Translations under genes and position numbers: made by a program | Part shown: piece after piece, positions 39,100 to 51,720 of the stretch | How positions within the stretch are numbered: the stretch's first letter is position 1 | Layout: each line of letters begins with the position of its first letter | Notes under the pieces: generated by a model | Databases searched by the model: none | What the model was told of the DNA's origin: nothing | Seen by the model: only the letters and a program-made list of their open reading frames with translations | NCBI GenBank assembly: GCA_030390025.1 | Contig: CM059434.1 | Span: 37,262,001 to 37,326,000, forward strand | DNA from: Squalus acanthias | Taxonomy: Eukaryota | DNA: 64,000 bases | Reading direction: 5' to 3'

Positions 39100-39415
39100 G
39101 GAGGTGCCGTCTTTCGGATGAGACGTTAAACCGAGGCCCCGTCTGCTCTCTCAGGCGGATGTAAAAGATCCCATGGCACTATTTCGAAGGCGAGCAGGGG
39201 AGTTCTCCCCGGTGTCCTGGCCAATATTTATCCTTCAATCAACATCACAAAAACAGATTATCTGGTCATTATCGCATTGCTACTTGTGGGAGCTTGCTGT
39301 GCGCAAATTGGCTGCCGCGTTTCCGACATTACAACAGTGACTACACTTTAAAAAATATTTCATTGGCTGTAAAGCATTTTGGGACATCTGGTGGTTGTGA
39401 AAGGCGCTGTATAAT
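39100..39415 (+). mobile_element. Well-preserved SacSINE1/AmnSINE1-like Deu SINE (head missing)
   Basis: ggaggtgccgtctttcggatgagacgttaaaccgaggccccgtctgc..tcaggcggatgtaaaagatcccatggcactatttcgaag is the Deu domain. Confidence 0.9.
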
Positions 39416-39944
39416 TTCTTTAAATAAAAGCTCCCGAGCTGCTAGGAGGAGCTCTTGAACTGAGGGATAGCTTTAAAGCGGTAATCATCTTGTTTAAAGT
39501 TGTAGATTACTTGCGGGTACTTGCCATACATTAATGTTCCCTTTCAATACGTGTTTTCTTCTTAACTGGATCCTCTCTATTCTCCCCCCACCCCCATTCA
39601 TTTTTATAGTAGTAATTTTGATCAGAGGAAATGGTTCTCTTTAACTAAGATACTCTCCCATCTTTCTGCTGTTTTTCTTGCTTCTGTTCCAGTGCACAAA
39701 CAGCTGGCAAGGAGCTACTAAGACCTAACTTAGTCAATAAAAATTGCCATGCTTATATAGGTTAGTTTACATCCCTGTATATTTATCAGTTCTGGGATAA
39801 GTTTGTAACCATAAGGTCCTGATGAAAGCATTAATTTTGTGCTTTGTAATATTGTTAACAGCAAGTTATGTAAATGCGAATACTGGAGATAGCTCAGTCA
39901 AAGATCTCATTAAAGCTGCTATTAGAACTTTGCTTGGTTAATTT

Positions 39945-40592
39945 GTGACCAGGGCAAACCGCTCCGGGCAGGTAGGAGCCTACTTTACATTTGCCCTATT
40001 ACATCAACGGTACCACCACAACATTTTAACTTCCACATTCAGGAGCCCACATGGGGCAACTCCAACAGCCGAAAAATTCCGGCTTCGTGGAGCAGCCAGA
40101 AGAGGTCAAGGTAAGTTTAAAAATGTAACTTTTCTGTGGAATCCCTGTGGACCAGGAGGAGCAGGAATGTGCTCCCCATGACACCTGCAAGAAGTCCTTG
40201 GGCCTCCCGAGCCCTGGCCTTGCCTCTCCCTCCTATATCGGCTGCAAGCCTCCTTCCTCCTCGCTTGCTTTATGTCAGGGATTGGTCATTCCCTTGGGTC
40301 CCTGGCATACTCGGGCTCCTGACCCAATTTTTGCTCCTGCATGCCAGCTCTGACATCACTCCCAGCAGTTTCAGGTGAGAGACTGCCCTGCTTAATTGAA
40401 ATGTGGCCCAGGAGCTAAAGTGACCCCAAATATGTCCCCAGTCAAAATTAACCCCTTTAACTTGGCCATTGGATATGTAATTCTGCTCCCTACTCTGCCA
40501 CAAGGGAGGTGGAAATGGATTTCCTAGCAGAGCCTAGGTAAACCAATTACAAAACTGGGCAGGAAACATGTCCGGTAAAGTTGATTGGGCTC
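39945..40592. repeat. GC-rich interspersed repeat (probable decayed MITE)
   Basis: GC-rich block with ccaggaggagcagga motif and AAG|GTAAGT at 40111; termini unresolved. Confidence 0.4.
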
Positions 40593-40904
40593 CATAGGCT
40601 ATTGAATTTGTCGCTTTTGGGTAATTTATGCCAACAGTCTCTTCCCAATTGATGCTAGTCCTCCTTTCTTATGAACTGGAGTAATATGTACAAAAGGATC
40701 AAATACTGCTAAATCCAAAGGCATCGTTACTTGAAGGGGAAAAGGGAGCTTTAAAATCTCCAGGCTTTGCACAGTGGAGAATTGTAGCATTTTGCTGATG
40801 TACCATGACCTCTGACAAAGCGCACATTGCTTTCTGAGTTGACATATGAAGCACATTTTACAACCTGATCATCTCTTAAAAATTTTGTACGCTCAAATAG
40901 TCTT

Positions 40905-41160
40905 CTAGAGTTTGAAGACGAGCAAGGGAGTTCTCCCAGTGTCTTGGGCAACCTTTATCCCTCAACCAGCATCACTGAAAAACATTATCTGGTGATTTAT
41001 CTCATTGCTGTTTGTGGGATCTTGCTGTGCACCCATTGGCTTTCAGGTTTCCCTACGTTACAACAGAGACGACACATCAGAAGTACCTGTAGTTTATTGT
41101 CTGTTGAGCACTTTGGGATGTCCTGAAAATGTTTGAGGTTCTATTTAAATTCGTCTTTGT
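40905..41160 (+). mobile_element. Deu-SINE fragment
   Basis: tttgaagacgagcaagggagttctccc...tttatccctcaacc...cattgctgtttgtgggatcttgctgtgc. Confidence 0.75.
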
Positions 41161-42292
41161 CTCTGTCTTTTTCATCTTCATGTTTTCTGCAGTTCCTTTC
41201 ATCAGTTTTTTCCTTTTTTGATGCTCAATCTATTTACTACTTGCGAGCACCACTTTCTGTCCAAGTAGGTATCCCCCTGCCAGACATATGCCAATCTTGA
41301 GATGACTTGGTGCACCAACATACTAATCAAGCTGGCGTGACTTGTTTTCTCTCTTTCTGTTCCCTCCCTCACACTTCCATGGGAACCCACGGAAAAACAC
41401 TCTGGCACCAGAGGAACGTTATTGGAAGGCTGTTGCTCTTTCCCTCCCCTTCCATATCGCCAAACACATAGGACTGCGACATGGTAAATTGTATATTGTA
41501 AAAAAGGCCTGTGATAAACTCTGAGAACCGTTAATTACAGTTCTGGATAAGTCCATGAAGAAAACTTGAAAATTATACTGCACCACAATAAATCAGCCTC
41601 CTTCTGAAATGCATCCAAGAAACTAAATGTGGAAGTGTGTCCATATTATATTTGAAAGTAATTTTTAGTTGGATAAAAATGTAACTGAACTAGTATTTTA
41701 TGAATTAGGAAACTGATGTTTGCTGATTGAGATCATATGCGTAAACTAATGATGGGCAATGTACCAGTACAGTAGTTGCTAGGATTTTAGAAATAATAGG
41801 ATTTTGTTCCATTGCCAAATTCTTGTGCACATCCAAAGTATTGCCCCAGTGTTACTGAAATTTAATAATGAGGGGGGGGTAGGAATAAATGTAGCCTTGT
41901 CTCCAGTAGATTTGTTTTCTCATGGGGAATAATTTTCTTGATCACGTCATTTGAACTTTTTAAACAGTATTTACAGTAGCATGTATTTAAGATCATTCTG
42001 TTTGGGATGTGTAACGGTGCAGCAACTTTTTATGCTGTAGGATGTGAGCATGTTTTGATATCACTTTAAGATTATGCTGGGGAACACTGAATGTCGGCAG
42101 GTTCCATCACCAGCAAGGGAAGAAAGTCTGAGGCTGGGCCATCGTACTCTGTTCTGCCTTGCTCCTGGGCAGAAAATGATTGGGATCTGATGTTTGGCCT
42201 TAAAAGGATAGGGGGAGAAAAAAAACTTTAAAGATGTGGTGGTAAAATAAAAAAAATCTGGTAACTAACTCTATTTTCTTGTTTCTCCATAG

Positions 42293-42686
42293 CATCACCT
42301 CTGCTGCTTTTTGCTAATAGACGTGACGTCAGATTGGTAGATGCAGAAACAGCGAGACCTGAATCTACTGTAGTCGTCAGTGGTCTGGAGGATGCAGCTG
42401 CGGTTGATTTTTTGTACTCCGAAGGTGTGATTTACTGGACTGACGTGAGTGAAGAAGCCATTAAACAAACATACGTGAACCTAACTGGGAATGTGCAGAA
42501 AGTGATCATCTCTGGCCTGGTTTCACCAGATGGATTAGCTTGTGACTGGTTAGGCAAGAAGCTCTATTGGACAGACTCTGAAACTAATCGGATAGAGGTT
42601 GCCAATCTAGATGGAATGTCTCGAAAGGTCCTTTTCTGGCAGGATCTTGATCAACCAAGGGCTATTGCTCTTGATCCACAGCATGG
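42293..42686 (+). CDS. LRP5: LRP5 exon 2, start of YWTD beta-propeller 1
   Basis: Acceptor ttttcttgtttctccatAG, donor GG|GTAAGT; translates (A)[17 protein letters not shown]...[25 protein letters not shown]...[32 protein letters not shown]...[18 protein letters not shown]; residues FANRRDV, KQTY, GLVSP, KKL, QDL and HG are LRP5-type rather than LRP6-type. Confidence 0.96.
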
Positions 42687-44166
42687 GTAAGTGTTTAATT
42701 TTTGCCTTGCTTTTTCATTTCGAGAGCTGACAAGTTCATGATTTTTGAATTTTGGCATGGAAGTAGAAATTTGATATCTCTCCCCTGCTGCTACTACCTT
42801 TCAAAGGTATTATTTTCCTTCCATGTAACTGAACAGATGTTTAGACTTAACGAGAAATGCTATGGCATGCACTCGTGGACAATACCAACCTTCAATAAAA
42901 GCTAAATTGAAGTTAATGTGGAAAAAAAGGACAATATTGTTGTTTCCCCCTCCCTTTTAGAAGTCTGCTTTTCTTTTCAGCGATCTCCACATACCACTGG
43001 AATAGCCCATCAGGAATATTTTTATTCTCTATTATTCCACTGCAGCCATCTGGAATTTAATTTCAATTTATTTTCTGCAAAGCACATTTTGTAAGAAAGG
43101 AAGTTGATTAAACAGTCAGTAATTAATTAGTGTGGGATGTCGCAAATTGACAGAAAGCTGTTTTCCTTTGGAGGTTTATGTTAAGTGATAGAGTTTACTG
43201 TGCAAAACCTTTGATGGTTTCCCAGGATCATGTATATTTTTTCTGATGTAAATAAATGAGCTATGCTCTGTCAATATTGTAAGCTGACCTGTAGAAGTCT
43301 CTTTCTACAACTTGTGAATACAGAGGATATCGGGTGCAGTCGGTGGTCAGTCTGGTAACACGGTAGAGTTCTGGAAGGCAGTCGGTACCCATTGAACCAT
43401 ACCTCATCATGAAGAAATACTTCCACAATAAGAGGAGAAAACATTGGAGAGAGATTTAAAAAACTGGTTGCTTTTCACAGCCCTTGACTTTTTTAATTGC
43501 GTGCAACGATGTCCAAGAGTGAAGTGCTTGGTGACTTAAGCAACTGATGATGTTTAGAATGGCTGCAGTAAATAAAAATTTCCACGCAACAGAATTGGGA
43601 ACTCTGCCATGAAGTCTTGGACTTCCCAGTGCTGGTACCACAATACAGCTACTTTATGGAAGGGTTTGATGCTAGGAAGTCCAGGACATTATGTCAGAGC
43701 CCCTGATTTTGTCTTGGTCCCTGAAGGGACGATCAGTGGGAAATGAGAGCCAAGCAAGTTTGTGTTTGCCTTGGCTGTGAAAGGCCTCACTGTTGCAGCA
43801 ATTGTAAACTTCATACAAGCTGTAAAAGAGTTAGGGGAAACCATGCTCTTCAGTCATCTATTTTAACCCGGATGAACAGGTTGTACAGCTAAACCATTTA
43901 CCATTACTAAATATAAGCTTGATTTTTTTTTTACAGGAGCTATACACCATAATTAAAGTAAACTTTTGGTGACTGGTGTGAGCTTTGAGTGATTATTCTG
44001 TACATAACTCAATCGCTTTTTTAATTTAATTTTTTTCTTGAACAATTTTGGCTCAGATTCTTTTTATTCTTCCTCTCCTGAAGATGTTCACTTATGCTGG
44101 AGTATGATTCCATAGCATCAGCAGCACTCCAGTACTTCATGGCCAGTTTTCAATATTAGAAGCTAA

Positions 44167-44923
44167 GGGCTGGATTTTCAATGACCCGTGGAGTCGGATT
44201 TGGAGGGGGCGGGGGGGGGGGGTTAAAGTTGCAGATTCGGGGCTCCCGACCCCATCCCGCCCCCAACCCGCCTCCATGCCAGTTTCGCTGGCGGCGGGTT
44301 CCCGACCTGTGCTGGGACCCGACTCCCCGAGGCGGGAAGGGATTAGTGACAATTAACTGCCTGTTAACAGGTAGTTAACAGGCAGTTTTTTGCCTAATCC
44401 CTATTTTGAAAGGTGAAATGTGGGCTTCCCGACAGGTGCCAACCACGCCAAGTTATCGGGGCGGACCGTGGGTCTGCAGGGGTTGGAGGGGTCGATATGT
44501 CCGGTGGGCAGGTGAGTGATGGGTGCATGTGTGCAGAGGTAAGTGTGTAAGGTAAGTGTAAAGTGTGGGAAAAAGTTTTACTTACCTTAACTTCCTCCTG
44601 CAGGTGTCAGCCCTTCAGTTCTCAGGAGTCAGAAATCTCACCGGCACAGAAAGCAGAAAGGCCGTGGTGCTGTCAAAAACTGCAGCCTTCTGCTTTCTGT
44701 GCTGGAATGATTTCTAACTCAGCCTGAGAGGAAGGACTCAAGTTAGAAGACAAATTGTCAGTGTTTGACAGCTTCACAGAGCCTGCTGAGCTCACTGGGC
44801 GGGCTCAACCAGGTCAATCAAGGGAAAATACAGTGGGTTGGCCACAAGTCGATGGAGGCAGGTCTACAACCCAAAAAGTGGGATTCACGACCCCAACCCG
44901 ACCCCAGTATCAAAATCCAGCCC
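44167..44923. mobile_element. Family A TIR element with TAA TSD
   Basis: TAA|GGGCTGGATTTT ... AAAATCCAGCCC|TAA. Confidence 0.9.
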
Positions 44924-45254
44924 TAAATGTTGAATGTTAGAAGTCTATTTGATCATGAGGATTGGAAGGGACATCACAGCTAAGCCTGATTGACCATACC
45001 CGATGTATGTGTCCGTGCGTGCGCCAGACCTTCCCTGTTGGATTTGGGTCTCCATAGCTGTCTCATCCAGCATTTGTTACAGAACCACAATGATCGTAAC
45101 TATATAAAAAAACCTAAATCTGCCATTGTTGGTTAAGTAGTCCAGCAATTTCTGCAGTTTGTGCCTTGACTGCAATTGAAGTATTGAACGCCTTGAAGTT
45201 TAGAGATTGCAACATCTGTAGTTAGTATAAAGACTTGTTAGTTTGTAAAAAGCA

Positions 45255-46410
45255 GAGTGACTAATGAATAAGGTTAGAGAATGCAGAGTCAGGGGACAAG
45301 TAGCAGAATGGATTGCTGGCTGGCTTCAGGACAGAAAGCAGAGAGTAGGGGTAAAGGGTAGCTAGTCACAGTGGCAGAAGGTGGGTAGTGGTGTTCCACA
45401 AGGATCAGTGCTGGGACCACTGCTGTTCACAATTTATATTAATTTAGACTTTGGAATCAAAAACACAGTTTATAAATTTGCGGATGACACCAAATTGGGG
45501 GGAATAGTTAATACTGAGGAGGACTGCAACAAATTACAGGAGACATTAATAAACTTGCAGAATGGGCATATAATTGGCAAATGAAATTCAACACAGATAA
45601 ATGTGAGGTATTACATTTTGGTAGGAAGAATAGGGAGGTCACCTATCACTTGGAGGGTGTGAGTCTGGGTGGGGTAGAGGAACAAAGGGATCGCGGAGTA
45701 CAAATACACAAATCACTAAAATTAGCGACACAGGTTAACAAGGCCATAAAAAAAGCAAACCAGGCACTAGGGTTTATTTCTAGAGGGATAGAATTGAAAA
45801 GTAGTGAAGTTAAGCTAAAATTGTATCGAACCTTGGTTAGACCACACTTAGAGACTGCAGTACAGTTCTGGTCGTCATATTATAAAAAGGATATAGAGGC
45901 ACTGGAGAGGGTGCGGAGAAGATTTACAAGGATGATACCAGAAATGCGAGAGTATACATATGATACATATACAAAGGATGAACAGGCTGGGTCTCTTTTC
46001 TCTTGAAAAAAGAAGGCTGAGGGGTGAGCTAATAGAAGTCTTTAAAATTATGAAAGGTTTTGATAGAGTAGATACAGTGAGAGTGTTTCTATTTGTGGGG
46101 AAAAGCATAACTAGAGGCCATCAATAAAAGATAGTCACCAAGAAATCCAACAGAGAATTCAGAAGAAACTTCTTTACCCAGAGAGTGATGAGAATGTGGA
46201 ACTCGCAACCACAGGGAGTAGTTGAGGCAAATAATAAGATGCATTTAAGGGGAGGCTAGACAAGCATATGAGGGAGAAGGGAATAGAGGGTTATGCTGAT
46301 AGAATTAGATGAGGAAAGACAGGAGGAGGCTCGAGTGGAGCATAAACGCCGGCGTGGACTGGTAGGGCTGAATGGCCTGTTTCTGTGCCGTATATTCTAT
46401 GTAATCCTGT
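45255..46410 (+). mobile_element. CR1 3' fragment
   Basis: [38 protein letters not shown]; HE1-type tail. Confidence 0.93.
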
Positions 46411-47033
46411 GTAAACTTAAAATATTGCAAGTGGATGAAGTAGAGGGACAAATTTAATGTGACATAATCCTTCATAAAGATCTGTAAAGATCCAAATGTA
46501 GCCCTGGACTTCAGGACTAGGAAGTCCTTTAGTCCCTTCAACCTCATAAAAATTTTATAAAGTTTGTAGAAAAATTGAATTGTTTATCTTTTCTGCATTC
46601 TGGATTATATTGACTGTCAATTATCACAGCAATAGTCTTAAATCTTGCTTTATCCAATATTTTAGAATTGTGAAGGGAGACCTGAAATTAAGAATAATGA
46701 CTTCTCATTTTTAAAATTAATTCATAGAATGGACTACCTAAGACAGTGAATATGGGCTCAGATGAAGCTTTCATAGTCCTACTTTCTTACAAGTTGGTTT
46801 CACCAACTCAATCTAATTGAGGGAAGTTGAAAAAAACTGTAGAGGAGCGAACCAGGCACAAGAAAGCTTGGTTTGGGGTGGAGATTTGACAGAAAATGTA
46901 GTATCCTGGTAGTGTAATCAAATATCTAAGGTTCAATCTTCAGTTAGTTAGAGACAAGACAAGTTAGGAAAAATGTCATTGCTCAATGACAAAAGACTTG
47001 GGGATATTCACTATATTAAAACCATTTTATATT

Positions 47034-47746
47034 GGCCTAGATTTTGCATTAGGAATAACAGTGCTCACCGTTATTATGGAGTAAATCGGACAGCAACTTC
47101 TGGAGTACGCACATGCGCAGTTAAATGCAGAAATCTGGCAGTTGCTGTCTGAATTACCCTGCTCCTCCACAGGCTGCGCTATAACAATACCTCGCTGATG
47201 GACTCTGCATTCAAAGCCATGTAAGGGCGTGAAATTGCTGTATTTTCGGGCTGGTGCATTCAGGTATAAATTAATTTTAAACAGCACCATCATTCATAAT
47301 TACTGACAAATAACCTCTCTGGCACTGAAAATTTAATTTTACAAGTGTGGAGTCTCATTCTTTCAGAATTTAATTATTGTCGCAAATTTAAAAAAAATTT
47401 AATTTTTCTTTCTGTCTCGTAGCTCTCTCTCTCTTAATCCCATCTTTCTCTCTTTATTTTGCTTTCTGTAGATGACTTTAGAATGAGTTAAATATTCTAA
47501 TTTATACTTCCTGGTTTAGAATCTGCGTGTCTCAGTGAGGATTCTTCAATCTGATTGGTTGAAGAGCCATGCTGTTGCTTGCCCTGCTAACACAGGTCTC
47601 AGATCCCTTGTAGAGGACACCGCGCTAGAAATGATCTCTAGTAACCGTAAGTTGCCGCTCAAAAGCCCGCGAAAAGCCTGTGGGTAGCTGTAAGCATAAT
47701 GAACGGCGAGCACCATTCCTTCACCGCTGACCGCAAAATCCGTGCC
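47034..47746. mobile_element. Family B TIR element with ATT TSD
   Basis: ATT|GGCCTAGATTTTGC ... GCAAAATCCGTGCC|ATT. Confidence 0.8.
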
Positions 47747-48856
47747 ATTGTGTTCATCTGCCTAAAGTCCCCAGGGTATCTATTGCATTTCTAAAATTTG
47801 CACCCCTCATGACTTTACTAAGGGACTATAATTCACTGTGAATATGGCCAGTGTTCATCGAGCTCACATTTTAATTGAATTGGTAATAATGGTTACTGAT
47901 CATTACGCAGCACAAGGTAGGAGAGGCTGAGTTAGGAATTTGTGGCTGGGGATTAGAGCATAGCTGTTGTAGTTTCTAGAAGGCAAGAGCAATACAAAAT
48001 TTTTTTGCTCAAATTGAAACCACAAAAGGATAGGTTTTCATTTGGAAGATTATGGCACACTATATATAGAAATGAGAAAAAGAGGAATTTTCCAATAGAC
48101 CCCTTCAGCGAGTTGATAATGAATGTTGGACCATTTTTTGAATGGGAGACAAAGGAGAAAAATTGTATTGAAGTCATGTCTTTTTTTTTAAGTAAAAATG
48201 CTGTAAATATATATTCTAAAATATGTTTAGCAGAAAATGTTCTGCAGAGTATCATTATGATAAGGATATTTCTTAAACCAGCTTCCTACCACCTACAAAT
48301 AATGCTGCACATTTAAAGTAAGAGAATCAGGTAGATTTGTTTTGACCAAGTCTTTGATTTCTTGTATTGAATTAAATGTTTGACCCTAAATTAGAAATCA
48401 TGTGGCATTGAGGAAGTAGGGCATTGCTTTTTAGAGATAAGATACATTTTCAAAACCTTGTATATAAGCTTCCTTCACCTCACAGACTGGAAAGCAAGAC
48501 ATCATGAAAGAGTGCAGTACGTAAAAGACTGGAAATGGATGATGACGGTACTGTTTAAAAGACAGAATTTATCTAAGACCATCTGTTGAACTTAATTTGT
48601 AATCGACCCCTTGACTTACAGCTTATTAACAAAATAGTATGATTGCATAGTTCTCCTTTACTGTACAGCAAGTTAACTCTGAGGTGCTGAACTAAATTTA
48701 AATCTCTGGCCTCATCTTCTGAAGCAGGGAAGTGGTGGGTTGAAGGGCAGAGAGAGAGACCCAGTGATGGGCACCCCCTTTTTGACTGATTCTGGAACTG
48801 CTTTCAAGTAGAAAAGTAAGTAATTAAGCACATATCTGGCTGGAAGAATACAGATA

Positions 48857-49980
48857 GAATCATAGAATGGTTACAGCACAGAAGAAGGCCATTCGGCCCA
48901 TCGAGCTCGTGCCGGCTCTCTAAGAGCACTTCAGCTAGTCCCACTCCCCCGCTCTTTCCCCGTAGCTCTGCATATTTTTTCCTTCAGGTACTTATCCAAT
49001 TCCCTTTTGAAAGCCACGATTGAATCTGCCTCCACCACCCTTTCAGGCAGTGCATTCCAGATCATAACCACTCGCTGCGTAAAAAAGTTTTTCCTCATGT
49101 CGCCTTTGGTTCTTCTGCCAATCACCTTAAATCTTTGTCCTCTGGTTCTCGACCCATCTGCCAGTGGGAACAGTTTCTCTCTATCTACTCTGTCTAGACC
49201 CCTCATGATTTTGAACACCTCTATCAAATCTCCTCTCAACCTTCTCTGCTCTAAGGAGAACAACCCCAGCTTCTCCAGTCTATCCACGTAACTGAAGTCC
49301 CTCATCCTGAAACCATTCTTGCAAATCTTTTCTGCACTCTCTCTAAGGCCTTCACATCCTTCCTAAAGTGCGGTGCCCAGAATTGGACACAATACTCCAA
49401 TTGAGGCTGAACCAGTGTTTTATAAAGGTTCATCATAACTTCCTTGCTTTTGTATTCTATGCCTCTATTTATAAAACCCAGGATCCCGTATGCTTTTTTA
49501 ACCGCTTTCTCAACCTGCCCTGCCACCTTCAACGATTTGTGCACATATACCCCCAGGCCTCTCTGTTCCTCCACCCCTTTTAGAATTGTATCCTTCAGTT
49601 TATATTGCTTCTCCTAATTGTTCCTACCGAAATGTATCACTTCGCACTTTTCTAAATTTCATCTGTCACGTGTCTGCCCATTCCACCAGCCTGTCTGTGT
49701 CCTCTTGAAGTCTATCACTATCCTCCTCACTGTTCACTATACTTCCAAGTTTTGTGTCATCTGCAAATTTTGAAATTGTGCCCTGTACACCCAAGTCATT
49801 AATATACATCAAGAAAAGCAGTGGTCCTCGTACTGACCCCTGGGGAACACCACTGTATACCTTCCTCCAGTCTGGAAAAACAACCGTTCACCACTACTCT
49901 CTGTTTCCTATCACTTAGCCAATTTCGTATCCATGCTGCCACTGTCCCTTTTATTCCATGGGCTTCAACTTTGCTGGCAC
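48857..49980 (-). mobile_element. CR1 3' fragment, young subfamily
   Basis: ORFs 48931..49574(-); (ttcta)-type tail; near-identical to 1-826. Confidence 0.93.
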
Positions 49981-50081
49981 TTTATCAAACTCCATGTAAC
50001 ACTAAATGAATGGTTCATTTTAATATGTCTCAGTATGAATAAAAAATTGCATAACCTTGTAGATGAAGAATTTTCACCCCG

Positions 50082-50490
50082 AGTGTGAACTTGGCTCAGT
50101 TGGTAACACTTTGCCTGTGTGTCAGATGGTTGAGTTAGTTCAAAGTCCTACTCCAGGGCTTAAATATATGATCGAGGCAGTGCAGTACTGAGGGAGTGCC
50201 GCATTGTCTTTTGGATGAGACTTTGAATGAGGTCCTATCTGCTTGTTCAGGTGTGTAAAGAGTAACTATTTGAAGAGTATGTTGCAGTATTCTCGCCAAA
50301 ATTTCTCCCTCACCAAAAACGTATCAACCGGTCATCCATCTCATTTGTTGTTTGTGAGATCTTGCTCTCAGCACATTGGCTGCTGTGTTCACCTACATAT
50401 TAGTACATTTCAAAAGTAATTCATGGGATGTGAAAGAGTTTGGAAGATCGTGAGGATGTGATGAGGTATTATATATAACCACAAGTTCGT
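50082..50490 (+). mobile_element. Diverged full-length Deu-SINE
   Basis: ttggctcagttggtaacact...gttcaaagtcc head, gcagtactgagggagtg, and Deu-like body. Confidence 0.7.
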
Positions 50491-51404
50491 TTTTAAATGT
50501 CTTTAAAGCAGGCAATGGCTGTTTCACTGGATTTATGTGCTTACAGATGACTCTAGGGGCATCAAGGGATCTGGGGATTGGGCAGGATAGTGGAGTTGAG
50601 GTTGAAGATCAGTCATGATCTTATTGAATGGCGGAGCAGGCTCGAGGAGCCGTATGGCCTAATTCTTATGACGATCTTGTAACCATTGGTAGCTAATAGT
50701 AGGGGTGTTCCCAGAGATATGTAATAAAAGATGAATGATTTCCCCACTTTCTTCTCATTCAGCTGAAAGCAAGAGAGGAATATAAAAGGAAGAACAAATT
50801 CAAATGTACTCTCTAACATAAATCACTTTTTGTATTAAGTCTCACTTCCAGTCACTTTTTAGAAAGTTGGTTTTCTATTTAAATTGGTCACATCTGTCAG
50901 GGAAAAAAAAGATGGATAGAGGTTGAAGAGAGCAATTCAAAAAGATCAAGAATCACACTGGGAAGAAATGGTGGTGGCCAGAAAGGCAACTAAAAATTGG
51001 TTGTGCATTAGGTGATCATGGTTTTCTGCCGCAGGAAACAATTACTGGTTATGATATGCAGATTGTTACCCCAGTGACCCATTTGCGAATGGCATGGATC
51101 ACTTTGAAATGCAAAAATCATTAAGAACACCACGACTGAGATTACAGATTTATGCTGAAATATTTTTTATTGTTGCCATGTTTGATTTCTTAACTTTGCT
51201 CAGAAGTGTTTATTCTGAGACAAATTTTTTCCAGTGAAAACCAGAAGAGCATCTCTGAATCTAGTTGACCTAGAGTAGTATATTCCAACAAGTGTAAGCA
51301 TTAGATACATTTATATCCTTAGCACAGCTGTAAATATGAGTCATTTAAGAAGGGATTATTTTAACTCATCAACAAATCTGTAGGAGTTTATTTTAAGCGT
51401 ATAA

Positions 51405-51720
51405 ACTTCAAATCCCTCCGTAGGTTCGCCCTCCCTATATCTGTAACCTCCTCCAGCCCTACAACCCTCCGAGATCTCTGTGCTCCTCCAACTCTGGCCT
51501 CTTGTGCATACCCCACATCCTTCAACCTACCTTTGATATCCATGCCTTCAGCTGTCTGAGCCCCGAGCTCTGGAAATTCCTCCCTAAACCTTTCTGCCTC
51601 TCTTCTCCTTTAAGACGCTCCTTCGTCACCAGTCCTAATATCTCCTCAGTGTCAGTTTTTGTCAGATTACGCTCCCGTGAAGCGTCTCGTTAAATGCGCT
51701 ATATAAATGCACGTTGTTTT
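51405..51720 (+). mobile_element. L2 3' end
   Basis: AFSCLSPELWKFLPK; tail gcgctatataaatgcacgttgtt. Confidence 0.8.

Noticed and set aside
42293-42686. LRP6 identity
   Set aside because: Diagnostic residues ([31 protein letters not shown]) match LRP5; only the exon lengths look LRP6-like
44578-44590. U1 snRNA gene or pseudogene at TACTTACCT
   Set aside because: Only the short 5' motif matches; no U1 stem-loops or Sm site follow
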